This document shows, one piece after another, positions 37,316 through 46,746 of a DNA stretch of 64,000 nucleotides. The stretch comes from an uncultured virus (IMG/VR IMGVR_UViG_2894484731_000002) (lineage: Duplodnaviria > Heunggongvirae > Uroviricota > Caudoviricetes), in the IMG/VR virus record IMGVR_UViG_2894484731_000002. The stretch is one strand, 5' to 3'. Both the position numbers and the translations under genes were made by a program. The notes under the pieces were generated by a model. It worked only from the letters and a program-made list of their open reading frames with translations. It made no database searches and was not told where the DNA came from. Numbering within the stretch: position 1 is the first letter of the stretch; each line of letters opens with the position of its first letter.

Positions 37316-37606
37316 TCACGCCTCCGCCTCGTCGTCCTCGTCGTCGTCGGGGGTGCAGGCGGGGGCCTTGACCAGCGGCCGGCCGCAGCCGCTGCACACC
37401 AGGTCCGGGTCCCCCGGCCACAGGTCGACCGTCCAGGGGTGCACCTCCCCGGCCTCCCGCCCCGCGTCGGCCAGGTCTTGCGCCTCCTGGTGCGACATGC
37501 AGCCCGGGGCGCACAGCACCCGCCCGCCGGGCAGGTTGTAGGCGATCGGCTCCACGGGCGGCGTGCGGGGGTACTCCCAGCCCCGCAGGTTCGGCATGCT
37601 CATCAC
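37316..37606 (-). CDS. small Cys-containing hypothetical protein
   Basis: GAGGAG SD; CAPGC...CSGCG. Confidence 0.6.
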   Translation of the reverse strand: MMSMPNLRGWEYPRTPPVEPIAYNLPGGRVLCAPGCMSHQEAQDLADAGREAGEVHPWTVDLWPGDPDLVCSGCGRPLVKAPACTPDDDEDDEAEA

Positions 37607-37625
37607 AGGCTCCTCGGTCGGGGGG

Positions 37626-38009
37626 TCAGCGTGCGGGGGAGGCGGTCACGTGCGCGGAGTCGAGCCCGACGCGCAGCCCATAGGCGTCCCAGGTGAACGC
37701 CCACCGGCCGACGGTCAGCAGGTCGCCCCGGGCGAACGGCGGCAGGCCGGCCGCCCGCCACGCGGCGCGGTGGTGGCGCTCGTCGCCGGTCAGGGCGTCC
37801 TCGTCGTGGTCGCCCGCCCCGAACACCCAGCGCAGCCGCTCGGCGACCTGCCCGGCGAACATGTCGGCCACCTCCTCCGGCAGGGTCAGGGTGTAGGCGG
37901 GGGCCAGCCGGTCACCAGGCAGCCACCGCTCGCCCCGCCGGTTGCGGTTGCGGTACACGAACACCTGCGAACGGGGGGCGGTGGGGCAGCTCATGGCGAA
38001 CCTCCTCAT
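37626..38009 (-). CDS. hypothetical protein
   Basis: ORF below a repeated box; alternative start MSCPT after GAGGAGG. Confidence 0.65.
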   Translation of the reverse strand: MRRFAMSCPTAPRSQVFVYRNRNRRGERWLPGDRLAPAYTLTLPEEVADMFAGQVAERLRWVFGAGDHDEDALTGDERHHRAAWRAAGLPPFARGDLLTVGRWAFTWDAYGLRVGLDSAHVTASPAR

Positions 38010-38041
38010 ATCGTAAGGGTAGGGCGGTATGGGATTGATAT
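38008..38041 (-). promoter_or_regulatory. ATATC-N24-GATAT box, copy 10
   Basis: ATATC gtaagggtagggcggtatgggatt GATAT. Confidence 0.65.
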
Positions 38042-38083
38042 GGTGCCGCCCGAGGTGCGGCGCGCACCCCGGGCGGCGGGCGG

Positions 38084-39082
38084 TCAGGCGTCGGCCGCGT
38101 CCTCGGCGGGGGCGTCGGCGACGGCCTGCGGGTCGACGTCGACGCCGCCCGCGCGGAGCTTCAGGGCCGCCTCAGCCTGGCGGAGCCGGTCGTTGGCCCG
38201 CCACGCCACCGTGCGCAGGTCGGTGATCCGCTGGCGGTATGCGCCGATCCCGCCGGTCGCACCGCCCAGCACCGTGGCCAGCTCCTCCGGGTCCATGGCG
38301 GCGATCTCGGCGAGGATTTCACCGGCGATGCCCAGCCGGTCAAGCTTGGAGGTGACCTTCGTGCGGGCGGCGCGGATCGCGGCCTTGCGCTCCTCGGACA
38401 GCTCCTCGACGACGAACAGGCCGCCCTGCCTGCGCTCGGTCTCCTGGGTGACCGCCGCCTGCGCGAACGCGATGGCGTCGCGGCCGTTGGCGAACTCGCC
38501 GCGCAGCGTCTTGCGGAGGATCGCCGCCTGCGCGTCGGCGGGCAGCTTGGCCATCTCCTGGGCCAGGCCCACGTTCACGTGACCCTTGTTGATCGCCTCC
38601 TGCACGGCCGGGGTGCAGTTCAGCAGCTCGGTCCGCGACTCGATGTAGGCGGCGGACTTGCCGAGGTTGTCGGCGATCTGCTCGACCGTGTACCCGCCGT
38701 CGAGCAGCCGCTGGAAGCCGCGGCCCTCCTCGATGGGCGTCATGTCGGCGCGGGTCAGGTTCTCCGACATCGCCTTGAGGAACGTCTCCGGGTCGCCCTC
38801 GGTCAGGCCGTGCATGACGATCGCCTTGAGCGTCTGCAGACCGGCCATCTGGGCGGCGCGCCACCGGCGCTCACCCATGATCAGGGTGTAGCGGCGGCTG
38901 ACCGGGTTGTAGCGGACGGTGACCGCCTGCAGCTGGCCCAGCTTCTGCATGGAGGTCGCCAGCTCCTGCAGCTTCGCCTCGTCGAAGATCTCCCGGGGCT
39001 GCGTCTCGTCGCGGTCGATCCGGTCGACCGGGATGTCCTTCATGGTGGTGGTGACGGCGGCGGGGGCGGTGGTGGCGGTCAT
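38084..39082 (-). CDS. parB: ParB/RepB/Spo0J family protein
   Basis: QPREIFD..L.ELA.S...GQLQ, GERRWRAA, ENLTRADMTPIEE, HTH VEQIADNLGKS. Confidence 0.9.
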   Translation of the reverse strand: MTATTAPAAVTTTMKDIPVDRIDRDETQPREIFDEAKLQELATSMQKLGQLQAVTVRYNPVSRRYTLIMGERRWRAAQMAGLQTLKAIVMHGLTEGDPETFLKAMSENLTRADMTPIEEGRGFQRLLDGGYTVEQIADNLGKSAAYIESRTELLNCTPAVQEAINKGHVNVGLAQEMAKLPADAQAAILRKTLRGEFANGRDAIAFAQAAVTQETERRQGGLFVVEELSEERKAAIRAARTKVTSKLDRLGIAGEILAEIAAMDPEELATVLGGATGGIGAYRQRITDLRTVAWRANDRLRQAEAALKLRAGGVDVDPQAVADAPAEDAADA

Positions 39083-39129
39083 TTCGGCCTCCTGGGGCTG
39101 AGGTTGGTGCGCGTCGATCGCGCTTCCTT

Positions 39130-39163
39130 ATATCCAAATAATAGCCTGCTCCGCAGTTGATAC
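39130..39163 (-). promoter_or_regulatory. ATATC-N24-GATAT box, copy 11
   Basis: ATATC caaataatagcctgctccgcagtt GATAC. Confidence 0.75.
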
Positions 39164-39262
39164 AAGAGGGCTCGGGGGACTGGGCTGAGGAATTTTCCCT
39201 GGTCACAGCAGGGGCGGGCGCGGCGGCCGTGCCGCCTCGCCCGCCCCCCCGGGGACCCCGTG

Positions 39263-40945
39263 TCAGGCCACCGCCACCGGCATGATCAGGTACAGGTACG
39301 CGGTGTCGGGCTCGCCGTCCTCGCCCAGCGGCACCAGCACCGCCGGCTGCTTCGGCGTGGTCAGGTTCAGCCGCGCCCGAGCCGCGCCCATCGCGCCCAG
39401 CCCGTCCAGCAGGTACGCGGCGTTGAACCGGATCTCGAAGTCGGGGCCGTCCCACGCGGCGGGCAGCTTCTCCGTGCCCAGCGCGTCATCGCGCGCCCCG
39501 GCCTCGACCGTGACCTGCCCGCCGGACAGGGTCAGCCGGACCGGCGTCTTGCGGTCGGCGACCAGCGTGACCCGCTTGACGGCCTCCGTGAGCGGAGCGA
39601 CGTCCACGTCGGCGAACCCGCTGAACTCCGACGGGATCAGGTCCCGGTAGTTGGGGAACTCCGGGTCGAGCAGCCGCGTCGTCACCCGCCGGTCGCCGCC
39701 GGACAGGGCCAGCAGGTCCGCCTGCTCGTCGCCGTCGGCGGGGGCGGCCAGCTCCACCAGCCCCGCCGAGCCGAACGTCTTGGCGGCCGCGCCCAGCGTG
39801 CGGGCGGGGATCATGAACGTCGCGCGGAAGCCGGGCGACGGCGGCTGCCACGTCAGCTCCCGCACCGCCAGCCGGTAGCGGTCGGTCGCCGCCAGGGTGA
39901 CCCGCTCCCCGTCGATCGTGGCGTGGACCCCGGTCAGCATGGGCAGCGTGTCGTCCTTCCCGGCGGCCACCACCGCCTGGGCGGCGGCCTCCGCGAACGC
40001 GGCGGCGTCCAGCTGCCCCGCCTGCGGCGGCGACACCGGCAGGGCCGGGTAGTCCTCCACCGGCATCGTCGTCAGCTGGAACGTGGCGGGGCCGCACTCC
40101 AGCGTCACCCGGGGGCCGTCCACCGTCACGTCCACCGGGTGGTCCGGCAGGGCCTTGGTGATCTCGGCGAGGAGCTTGCCCGGGACCAGCACCGTGGCCG
40201 GGCCGTCCCCGTCCACCGGGATCGTCGCCTGCGACGACACCTCGTAGTCGTAGGCGGCGACCGTCAACGCCCCCGACCACAGGGTGAGGTGCATCCCGCC
40301 GAGCACCGGCACCGACGGCATGGGCGGCAGGGACTTGGCCGTCCAGCCCACCGCGTTCGCCAACTCGTCCCGGTCGACCCGGAACGACGCCTTGACGGGG
40401 GCGGGCCGCTTCGGCAGCACCACCGGCGCGGGCGCGGGCTCCGGCTCCTGGTCGCCCTGGCCGCCGTCGGCGGGCGCGGCCTCGTCGGCGGGTGCGGCCT
40501 CCGTGTCCGGCGCGACGTCCTCGGCGGGCGCGTCCTGTTCGGGCGCGGGCTCCGCCTGCGGCGCGGCGGGCTCCGCGTCGTCGGCGGGCGCGTCCTCCAC
40601 GGGCGCGATGTCCTCGGCGGGCGCGGGGGCAGCCTCCGCCTGCTCGGCGGGCGCGACCTCCTCGGCGGGCGCGGGCTCCGGCTCCGAGCCGGCCGCCGCC
40701 TCCGGCGTGACCTCCTCGGGCGCAGCCTCCGCCTCGGCGGCGGCAGCCTGCGCGGCGCGGCCGCGCCGCATGCCGCGCTTGGGCGCGGCCCGCTCCTGCG
40801 GGGCGTCCTGCCCGGCCGGGGCGGCGGCAGCCGTCTCCACGGCGGCCTCCGTGGTCGTCTCCACCTCGGGGGCGGCGGCGCGGGCGCGCGGCTTCCTGCC
40901 CTTGCGCGTCGTCGTCGCGGGGGCGTCGGCGGTCGTGGCGGTCAT
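39263..40945 (-). CDS. dnaN: DNA polymerase III beta sliding clamp with a long Ala/Pro/Glu-rich N-terminal extension
   Basis: FRVDRDELANAV...PVLGG, DDTLPMLTG, AATDRYRLA, FPNY, FNAAYLLDGL, YLIMPV. Confidence 0.92.
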   Translation of the reverse strand: MTATTADAPATTTRKGRKPRARAAAPEVETTTEAAVETAAAAPAGQDAPQERAAPKRGMRRGRAAQAAAAEAEAAPEEVTPEAAAGSEPEPAPAEEVAPAEQAEAAPAPAEDIAPVEDAPADDAEPAAPQAEPAPEQDAPAEDVAPDTEAAPADEAAPADGGQGDQEPEPAPAPVVLPKRPAPVKASFRVDRDELANAVGWTAKSLPPMPSVPVLGGMHLTLWSGALTVAAYDYEVSSQATIPVDGDGPATVLVPGKLLAEITKALPDHPVDVTVDGPRVTLECGPATFQLTTMPVEDYPALPVSPPQAGQLDAAAFAEAAAQAVVAAGKDDTLPMLTGVHATIDGERVTLAATDRYRLAVRELTWQPPSPGFRATFMIPARTLGAAAKTFGSAGLVELAAPADGDEQADLLALSGGDRRVTTRLLDPEFPNYRDLIPSEFSGFADVDVAPLTEAVKRVTLVADRKTPVRLTLSGGQVTVEAGARDDALGTEKLPAAWDGPDFEIRFNAAYLLDGLGAMGAARARLNLTTPKQPAVLVPLGEDGEPDTAYLYLIMPVAVA

Positions 40946-40997
40946 GAAACGCTCCTTTGCGTCACCGGTCGCGGCGGGGGCCGCAACACGAAAGGTC

Positions 40998-41031
40998 ATA
41001 TCAGAAACGTAGTGGACTGCTGTCTAGATAT
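40998..41031 (-). promoter_or_regulatory. ATATC-N24-GATAT box, copy 12
   Basis: ATATC agaaacgtagtggactgctgtcta GATAT. Confidence 0.7.
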
Positions 41032-41086
41032 CAATGGGGTTGTGGGGACTGACCTGCGGAAATACCGGCGGTCAGTCCCCGGGGGG

Positions 41087-41437
41087 TCAGGCGGCGCGCA
41101 GGCCGCGCGCCGCCGCCATGATCGCGGCACCGGCCCGGTGGTAGCAGCGGCGCTGCCTGCGGCCGGCCGGGCAGGTGCAGGCCTGCACCGCCGTCAGGTA
41201 GGTGGCCTCGCCGTCGCTGCTGACGACCGTCCACATGGTGGGCCGCCGGGTCGGCAGCAGCCCGCCCAGCTCGATCACCTCCCGCGCCTTGTCGACCTGC
41301 ACAGGCGTGAACTCCCGCAGGTCCGCCACCCGGGCGGCGGCCCGGACCTTCGCCTTGCAGCGGGGGCCGCGACGGTCGGCGATCGACCTGGCCGAGCGGA
41401 GGGCTCGGCCGCAGTCCAGGCACTTCACGACGTCCAT
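41087..41437 (-). CDS. Zn-finger protein (DUF6011-like plus SWIM-like)
   Basis: CLDCGRAL...S....GPRC and CTCPA...CYH. Confidence 0.7.
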   Translation of the reverse strand: MDVVKCLDCGRALRSARSIADRRGPRCKAKVRAAARVADLREFTPVQVDKAREVIELGGLLPTRRPTMWTVVSSDGEATYLTAVQACTCPAGRRQRRCYHRAGAAIMAAARGLRAA

Positions 41438-41474
41438 GGGGCTGCTCCTTCCGGAGCGGGTGGCGGGCAGGGGA

Positions 41475-41813
41475 TCAGGCGGCGGCGGGGCTGGCGATGT
41501 GCGCCAGGCGGGAGGCCAGCTCGGCGCGCAGCTCGAACGTCTCCGGGTCGGCCTCGGCCTGTAGGTCGGCCAGCATCTCCTCCAGCGCCTCGGCCTCGGA
41601 CACCTCGGCGCGGTCGTCGGCGGGGGCGGACGCGGCGGCGGGGGAGCAGACCACCAGGTTCTGCGCGACCGCGATGTGCGTGCGGCCGTCCTCGCCGCGC
41701 ACCTGGGCGAGGCCGCGGGCGTGGTCGACGTCGGCGACGTGCAGCGGCTCGCCGGGGCGGACGGCCCAGTGGACGTGGCCGGTGCTCGGGGCGGTGCAGG
41801 TGAGGTGGTTCAT
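41475..41813 (-). CDS. hypothetical protein
   Basis: GAGGAG SD plus ATG below a repeated box. Confidence 0.65.
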   Translation of the reverse strand: MNHLTCTAPSTGHVHWAVRPGEPLHVADVDHARGLAQVRGEDGRTHIAVAQNLVVCSPAAASAPADDRAEVSEAEALEEMLADLQAEADPETFELRAELASRLAHIASPAAA

Positions 41814-41833
41814 GGGGCGGGCTCCTCTCTCTT

Positions 41834-41867
41834 ATATCTAAACTATAGCCTGCACCGCTCCTGATAT
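41834..41867 (-). promoter_or_regulatory. ATATC-N24-GATAT box, copy 13
   Basis: ATATC taaactatagcctgcaccgctcct GATAT. Confidence 0.75.
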
Positions 41868-41905
41868 CACTCGTTCCGCAGGACTGGCCGGGATATTTTC
41901 CCTGG

Positions 41906-42190
41906 TCACAGCCCTGCGCGGTCAGCGGCGGGGCAGAGGCCGCGCCGCAGCAGCTCCAGCACGGGTGCCCGGTACTTCCGCACCGCGTTCGGCTGCTTGA
42001 TGCCGAGCCGCTGCGCGACCTCATCCCACGTCGCGCCAGCCTGGCGGGCGACGGCCACCGCCCGCACCTCCGCCTTCTCCGCCTCGGTGATGCGGCGGCG
42101 GGCGGCGGCGACACCGGCCAGCGCACGCTCCCGCCGCACCGCCTGCAGCCCGTCGTCCCCGGCGCGGGGGGCGGGCACCAGCGCGGTCAC
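41906..42190 (-). CDS. small HTH protein
   Basis: AVAVARQAGATWDEVAQRLGIKQPNAVRKY. Confidence 0.7.
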   Translation of the reverse strand: MTALVPAPRAGDDGLQAVRRERALAGVAAARRRITEAEKAEVRAVAVARQAGATWDEVAQRLGIKQPNAVRKYRAPVLELLRRGLCPAADRAGL

Positions 42191-42573
42191 CGGGGGCCGC
42201 CTTCCGGGGCGGCGGGCAGCCACGCCCGCACGACGACTCGGACGCCCATGTGCCAGCCGGTGGCGGTCAGCTCGCCCCCGGCGCCGCACGGCCCGCCGTC
42301 GTGCAGCGGCACCCACTCCGGGGCGGCCTGCAGGAACCCCGCCCAGGCGTGGACGGCGGCGGCGTGCTCGGCGAACTCGGCGTCGAAGCGCGCCGCCCCC
42401 GGCACGGCCCCGCGCAGGAACGGCACCGCCACCTCCCGGGGCGGGATGATCCAGACGAGCTCCGGCAGGTCCTCGGCCAGCAGGTCGGCCAGGACCAGCG
42501 CGGCGCGCGACTGCCTGCGCCGGGCCGCCTCGTCGGCGGCGCGGGTGGTCGTGATGTTCGGCAGGGTCCCCAT
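42187..42573 (-). CDS. hypothetical protein
   Basis: GGGAGG SD plus ATG. Confidence 0.65.
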   Translation of the reverse strand: MGTLPNITTTRAADEAARRRQSRAALVLADLLAEDLPELVWIIPPREVAVPFLRGAVPGAARFDAEFAEHAAAVHAWAGFLQAAPEWVPLHDGGPCGAGGELTATGWHMGVRVVVRAWLPAAPEGGPR

Positions 42574-42602
42574 GCGGGGGCCTCCCTTCTGGTTGGGGGC
42601 GG

Positions 42603-43055
42603 TCAGGCCGCCCTCGGGGCGAACAGGTCCAGCTGCACCGGCTCCGGGCCGGGCGCCGGCTGGCCGACGGCGGGCAACACCGCCGTCGGGTCAAGGGTGG
42701 GGCTGTCGGGGTAGAGGGCGGCGTGGTGGACACAGCAGGAGCCCAGGTGCCACTGGCAGCCGTCGACGAGCCGCCCGCCCGACCGGCGCGCCTGGTACCA
42801 GCCCTCGTTGTGCTCCGACAGCAGGGCGCGGGCCTCGGCCACGCTGGCGGCGGTCAAGCTGATGTGGGTGCGGCACCCGCCGATCTCGCAGCCGATCACC
42901 ACCCGCGCCGTCTTCCGGGCGGTGGTGCCGGGGAAGCGGGCCTCGTGCAGGGCCATCGCGGCGGCCGCCGTGTCGACCCTGTACCAGGCGTCGTCGTCGC
43001 AGCCCGCCGCGTACAGGCGGTGATCCGGGCAGGTGACCAGGAAGTGCGCGGTCAC
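42603..43055 (-). CDS. Cys/His-rich hypothetical protein
   Basis: GTGA-coupled start; several Cys pairs. Confidence 0.6.
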   Translation of the reverse strand: MTAHFLVTCPDHRLYAAGCDDDAWYRVDTAAAAMALHEARFPGTTARKTARVVIGCEIGGCRTHISLTAASVAEARALLSEHNEGWYQARRSGGRLVDGCQWHLGSCCVHHAALYPDSPTLDPTAVLPAVGQPAPGPEPVQLDLFAPRAA

Positions 43056-43306
43056 CGGGCCACCCGCAGCATGATCTCGGCCGCCCACTCGGCGCCGATC
43101 CGGGCGACCAGCACCCCGGCCTTGTCGGCCAGGTCCGCGGGCCAGCCCTTGGCCAGCGCCTCGGCCTTGGCGTCGCATGCGGCGCGCACCGTGGCGGCGC
43201 GCAGCGTCATGCCCCCCACCACGTGGCGGGCGATCAGGTTGCGGGCGCGCTCGGTGAAGCTCGCCGCGGCGTCGGGCGCGGTGGCGGTGGCCGTCATCTC
43301 TGTCAT
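43052..43306 (-). CDS. hypothetical protein (possibly leaderless)
   Basis: ATG overlaps the half-site of the repeated box. Confidence 0.65.
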   Translation of the reverse strand: MTEMTATATAPDAAASFTERARNLIARHVVGGMTLRAATVRAACDAKAEALAKGWPADLADKAGVLVARIGAEWAAEIMLRVAR

Positions 43307-43338
43307 ATCAAAAGCATAGCCTGCGCTTGCTTTGAAAT
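43305..43338 (-). promoter_or_regulatory. ATATC-N24-GATAT box, copy 14
   Basis: ATATC aaaagcatagcctgcgcttgcttt GAAAT. Confidence 0.65.
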
Positions 43339-43452
43339 GAATGGGTTGGTGGGGGCTCGCGGAAGGAAAAACCGCAGCTCAATGGGGCGGTGACAGCGCG
43401 ACGCCCCCGCGCCCCGCGCGGTGCGGGGCCGGGGGCGTCGAGGACCAGCGGG

Positions 43453-44031
43453 CTACTCCTCCCGCAGCCACCTGCCCAGCAGCTCGTCGGCCCCGTCCCT
43501 GGTGGCCTTACCCTTGGCGGCCGTCCCGGCCTTCTCGGCCTTCTTGCCGCCGGCGCCGGGTTCCTTGCCCTTCACCCACACCCGGACGATGCGCTCCTCC
43601 ACCAGCAGCGGCTTGAACTTCGCGATCACGTTCGGCTGGTGCATGCTGAACACCTCGGCGATGTCGTCCCACGTCACCTCCGCCGCGCGGGCGTCGGCGA
43701 CGGCCTGCAGCTCGGCCGCCTCCATGTCGACCAGCGCCTGCTTGGCGTGGCGCACCGCCACGAGCGCAGGCGCCGCCCGGTCCTCCGCCGGCAGGGCGTC
43801 CCACTTGGGGCGCGGCTTCCACTTCCCCGCCTCGATCATCGGCTTGTACTTGCGGGTGCAGTTCGGCTGCAGGATGCCCAGCTCCTCGGCGATCAGCCGC
43901 CACCCCGCGTTCACATGCCGCGCGTCGATCACCGACCGCTCGATCTCGTTCTCCGCGTCAAGGCGCGCCTTGCGGGCGGCCCGCAAAGCGTTCAGCGCAG
44001 CCTCCGCGGCGGCGTTCATCTCCTCTGCCAT
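43453..44031 (-). CDS. tandem-HTH putative regulator
   Basis: Two repeats: ARHVNAGWRLIAEELGILQPNCTRKY and ARAAEVTWDDIAEVFSMHQPNVIAKF. Confidence 0.75.
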   Translation of the reverse strand: MAEEMNAAAEAALNALRAARKARLDAENEIERSVIDARHVNAGWRLIAEELGILQPNCTRKYKPMIEAGKWKPRPKWDALPAEDRAAPALVAVRHAKQALVDMEAAELQAVADARAAEVTWDDIAEVFSMHQPNVIAKFKPLLVEERIVRVWVKGKEPGAGGKKAEKAGTAAKGKATRDGADELLGRWLREE

Positions 44032-44078
44032 ACCGCCAGCATCGCAAACTATGGACGCGATAACAACTCGCATAGCGG

Positions 44079-44522
44079 TCACCCCCCGGGGGCGGGGCCG
44101 CCGAGCGCGGCAGCCGTCACCCGCAGGCTGTCGACCCACCGGCGGCGGAACGGGGCGAAGTCGGGGCGGTCGCCCCACCGGTGCTGGGCGTGCACCCGGA
44201 TCACGTTGACCAGCGCCTCAACGGCCCCGGTGTGCGACAGTGCCTTCCAGCCGCCGCGCCGCAGCGCCGCCCGCGTCTCCGCCGCGCCGTCGTACATCGC
44301 GAGGACCTGCCGCAGCACCGCCAGGTCCGCCCCCGCCTTGGCCGCGTCCAGCGCCGCCCAGGTGCGGCGGCGCGCCTGGTCCTCCGTCACCCCCGGCGGC
44401 AGGCCCGGGCACGCCGCGTCGAACGCCACCTCCAGCGCGTCGCCCTGTTCGGCGAGGCGGGCCCGCACGTAGCCGACCAGCTGCTCCTCGTCGCCGACGA
44501 CCTGCGCATCCTGCGCGGTCAC
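44079..44522 (-). CDS. hypothetical protein
   Basis: GTGA-coupled; LVGYVRARLAE...W.DRPDF pattern. Confidence 0.6.
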   Translation of the reverse strand: MTAQDAQVVGDEEQLVGYVRARLAEQGDALEVAFDAACPGLPPGVTEDQARRRTWAALDAAKAGADLAVLRQVLAMYDGAAETRAALRRGGWKALSHTGAVEALVNVIRVHAQHRWGDRPDFAPFRRRWVDSLRVTAAALGGPAPGG

Positions 44523-45316
44523 GGCCGCCTCCCCGGCTGCCGAAGCTGGATGACCCCGTTGCCGTCCGTGCACAGGCACACGGCGGGCAGCGACCACGGC
44601 GACACCATCCGGTGCAGCCCGTCGTTCGTCTTCGGGTTGACCGCCTTCACCCGCACGTGCGAGCCGAGGCGCGGCGACTCCATCACCGCCCGCACCTGCG
44701 ACTCGGCGACGACACCTGCCAGCAGCAGCACCTCGCCCGTCTCGGCGCGCCGCACCTCGGCGCGCCGCACCTCGCCGATCTGCCGGCCCTGCCGGTCCAG
44801 CAGCGGCACCGGCAGGGACCCGGCCTTCGGCGTCCAGTCGTACGGGGCGACGATGCCGCGCTCCCGGTCGTCGGGCCGCCGCCGCTGCTGCTCCTCTTCG
44901 CTGACGAACCGCAGCAGCACACCCTCCCATTCGACGCTGTCGTACGCGGGCTCCCACAACGCCCGGTTGGGGGGCGGCGCTGACGGGTCGTTGGCGACGT
45001 CGTCCATGCGGACCGTCACCCACCGATCGATCCGCCCGCTGGATCCGACTTTCGTCATCTCCGACGGGTTGGTCAGCCGCACCCCCCGCCGGACCAGCAT
45101 GTCCAGCGCGTCGGCGACGTCGTCCTCCTCCCCTCGCAGCCGCACCTCGACCGGCCGGTACGCGGGCCGCACATGCGGGTCGACCACCCGCATCCCGAGG
45201 CGTTCCGCCTCAGCCTGGACGGCGGCCCTGCGCTGGTCCAGGGTGAGCTCGGCGGGGGCGATCGGCACGGTGCGGGTCGCGTCGTCCGCCTCCGCGCCGG
45301 TTTCGGTGTATGCCAT
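44519..45316 (-). CDS. hypothetical protein
   Basis: GAGG SD plus ATG (MAYTETG). Confidence 0.65.
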   Translation of the reverse strand: MAYTETGAEADDATRTVPIAPAELTLDQRRAAVQAEAERLGMRVVDPHVRPAYRPVEVRLRGEEDDVADALDMLVRRGVRLTNPSEMTKVGSSGRIDRWVTVRMDDVANDPSAPPPNRALWEPAYDSVEWEGVLLRFVSEEEQQRRRPDDRERGIVAPYDWTPKAGSLPVPLLDRQGRQIGEVRRAEVRRAETGEVLLLAGVVAESQVRAVMESPRLGSHVRVKAVNPKTNDGLHRMVSPWSLPAVCLCTDGNGVIQLRQPGRRP

Positions 45317-45393
45317 GGGTCCTCGCTTGTCGTGGTCAGGGTGCCGCCCCGGCGGGGGTCGCCGGGGCGGGGACAGCTCGAAAGGGGCGCGGG

Positions 45394-45822
45394 TCAGGTT
45401 TTCCAGGTCAGCTCGACCCGCTCGGTGAACTCCCCGTCCCCGGTGCGGACGGTGAGGTGGTCGAGCAGCGCCCGCAGGAACGCCCGCTGCTGTGGGGAGC
45501 CGGCCGAGTGCCACCAGTGGACCAGCCCGGGCAGGTTGTCGACGGCGGGCAGGCCCGCCCCGGGCGGGGCGGAACCCGGGGCGGGGCGGGTGAGTCCGTG
45601 CACCGTCATGGCCCGGTCGAACGCGGCCAGGGTCCGCACCGCCACCAGCCACTCCATGTGGTCGGCGTCGGCGCGGGTGCAGCCGCCGGGGCGGCGGGTG
45701 AAACACACGTAGGCGCGGCCGTCGGCGTCCAGGTGCTCCGCCAGTTCCCGGCCGTCGCAGCGGCCGCAGCGGGCCAAGCCGTGCAGCACCGCCTCCACCC
45801 GCATCTCCGGGGTGGCGCCCAT
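45394..45822 (-). CDS. stand-alone large-serine-recombinase-like Zn-ribbon/C-terminal domain protein
   Basis: LHGLARCGRCDG...YVC...C and RAFLRALLDHLTV...ERVELTW. Confidence 0.55.
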   Translation of the reverse strand: MGATPEMRVEAVLHGLARCGRCDGRELAEHLDADGRAYVCFTRRPGGCTRADADHMEWLVAVRTLAAFDRAMTVHGLTRPAPGSAPPGAGLPAVDNLPGLVHWWHSAGSPQQRAFLRALLDHLTVRTGDGEFTERVELTWKT

Positions 45823-46022
45823 CGGGGTCAGCCCCCCAGCAGCGGCAGGATGACGGCCGCCAGGACCACGCCGAGGATCGCAGCCGCGGCGACGACGCCG
45901 AGGGCGGCCAGGCCCTGCGCGGGCCAGTACGGGCGGGGCTCGTTGATGCGCCTACTCATGATCAGTTCCCCTTTGGTCGGGTGCCGGTGTCAGGTGGTGA
46001 GGGGGTGGGGGAGGGGGCGGGG

Positions 46023-46373
46023 TCAGGTGCCGCCGAGCGCGGCCGTAACCGCGTTCCGCACGAGCCCCCGGTTGATGTGGTCCAGCCGGTCGAACTCGAA
46101 CACGTCGGAGCCGAGCGCGAGGGCCAGCCGCAGGATCGCCTTCTCCGACGCGGTGCCGACGGCCACCCCGGACCGCAGGGCGATCATGGCGCGGTCCCAG
46201 TCGATGAACGCCAGCCGCCGGTCCTCGGTGAACTCGATCGCGGCGGCGGTGAACTCCGGGCAGGTCAGCCAGTGCCCGTGGTCGACGAGCAGCCGGACGG
46301 CGGCCCGCACGTTCTTGTCGTTGCCGTCCGCCCACGCCAGCAGGGCGGCGGCCAGGCCGGGGCTACTGCTCAT
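46023..46373 (-). CDS. hypothetical protein
   Basis: ATG (MSSSPG) overlapping the end of the upstream gene. Confidence 0.65.
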   Translation of the reverse strand: MSSSPGLAAALLAWADGNDKNVRAAVRLLVDHGHWLTCPEFTAAAIEFTEDRRLAFIDWDRAMIALRSGVAVGTASEKAILRLALALGSDVFEFDRLDHINRGLVRNAVTAALGGT

Positions 46374-46746
46374 CGCCGTACTCCTGCATGAACTCGTTGC
46401 CGGTCTCCCGCAGGTAGCGGCCGACCAGCAGCTCGGCGCGGCGCGCCGCCCGGTAGGCGTCCTGGTCGCCGCCGCGGAACGCCGCGTCCTGCCCGGCCCC
46501 GACCGCCGTGCCGGTGAGGTCGGACAACAGGGCCAGCCCGAACTGGTCGTCCAGCGCCCGGTACTCCTCGAACGCGCGGCGGCGGCCCTCCAGCCTCCGC
46601 CACTGCCCGAGCAGGTCCTCCAGCTGCTGGTGCAGCGCCCCGACGCGGCGGGCGATGGCATCACGGATGGCGCGCTCGGCCTCCTCCCGCTCGGCCGGGG
46701 TCAGGGGGGCGGGCGTAGCCGGCTGCGTGCCGGGGCGGCGGCTCAC
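46363..46746 (-). CDS. hypothetical protein
   Basis: GTGA-coupled start. Confidence 0.6.
   Translation of the reverse strand: MSRRPGTQPATPAPLTPAEREEAERAIRDAIARRVGALHQQLEDLLGQWRRLEGRRRAFEEYRALDDQFGLALLSDLTGTAVGAGQDAAFRGGDQDAYRAARRAELLVGRYLRETGNEFMQEYGDEQ

Noticed and set aside
21441..43306. Shared MTAT(T/A)A N-termini in several box-proximal genes as a targeting signal
   Set aside because: Thr/Ala-rich starts are common in actinomycete genes, and enrichment cannot be shown by eye.
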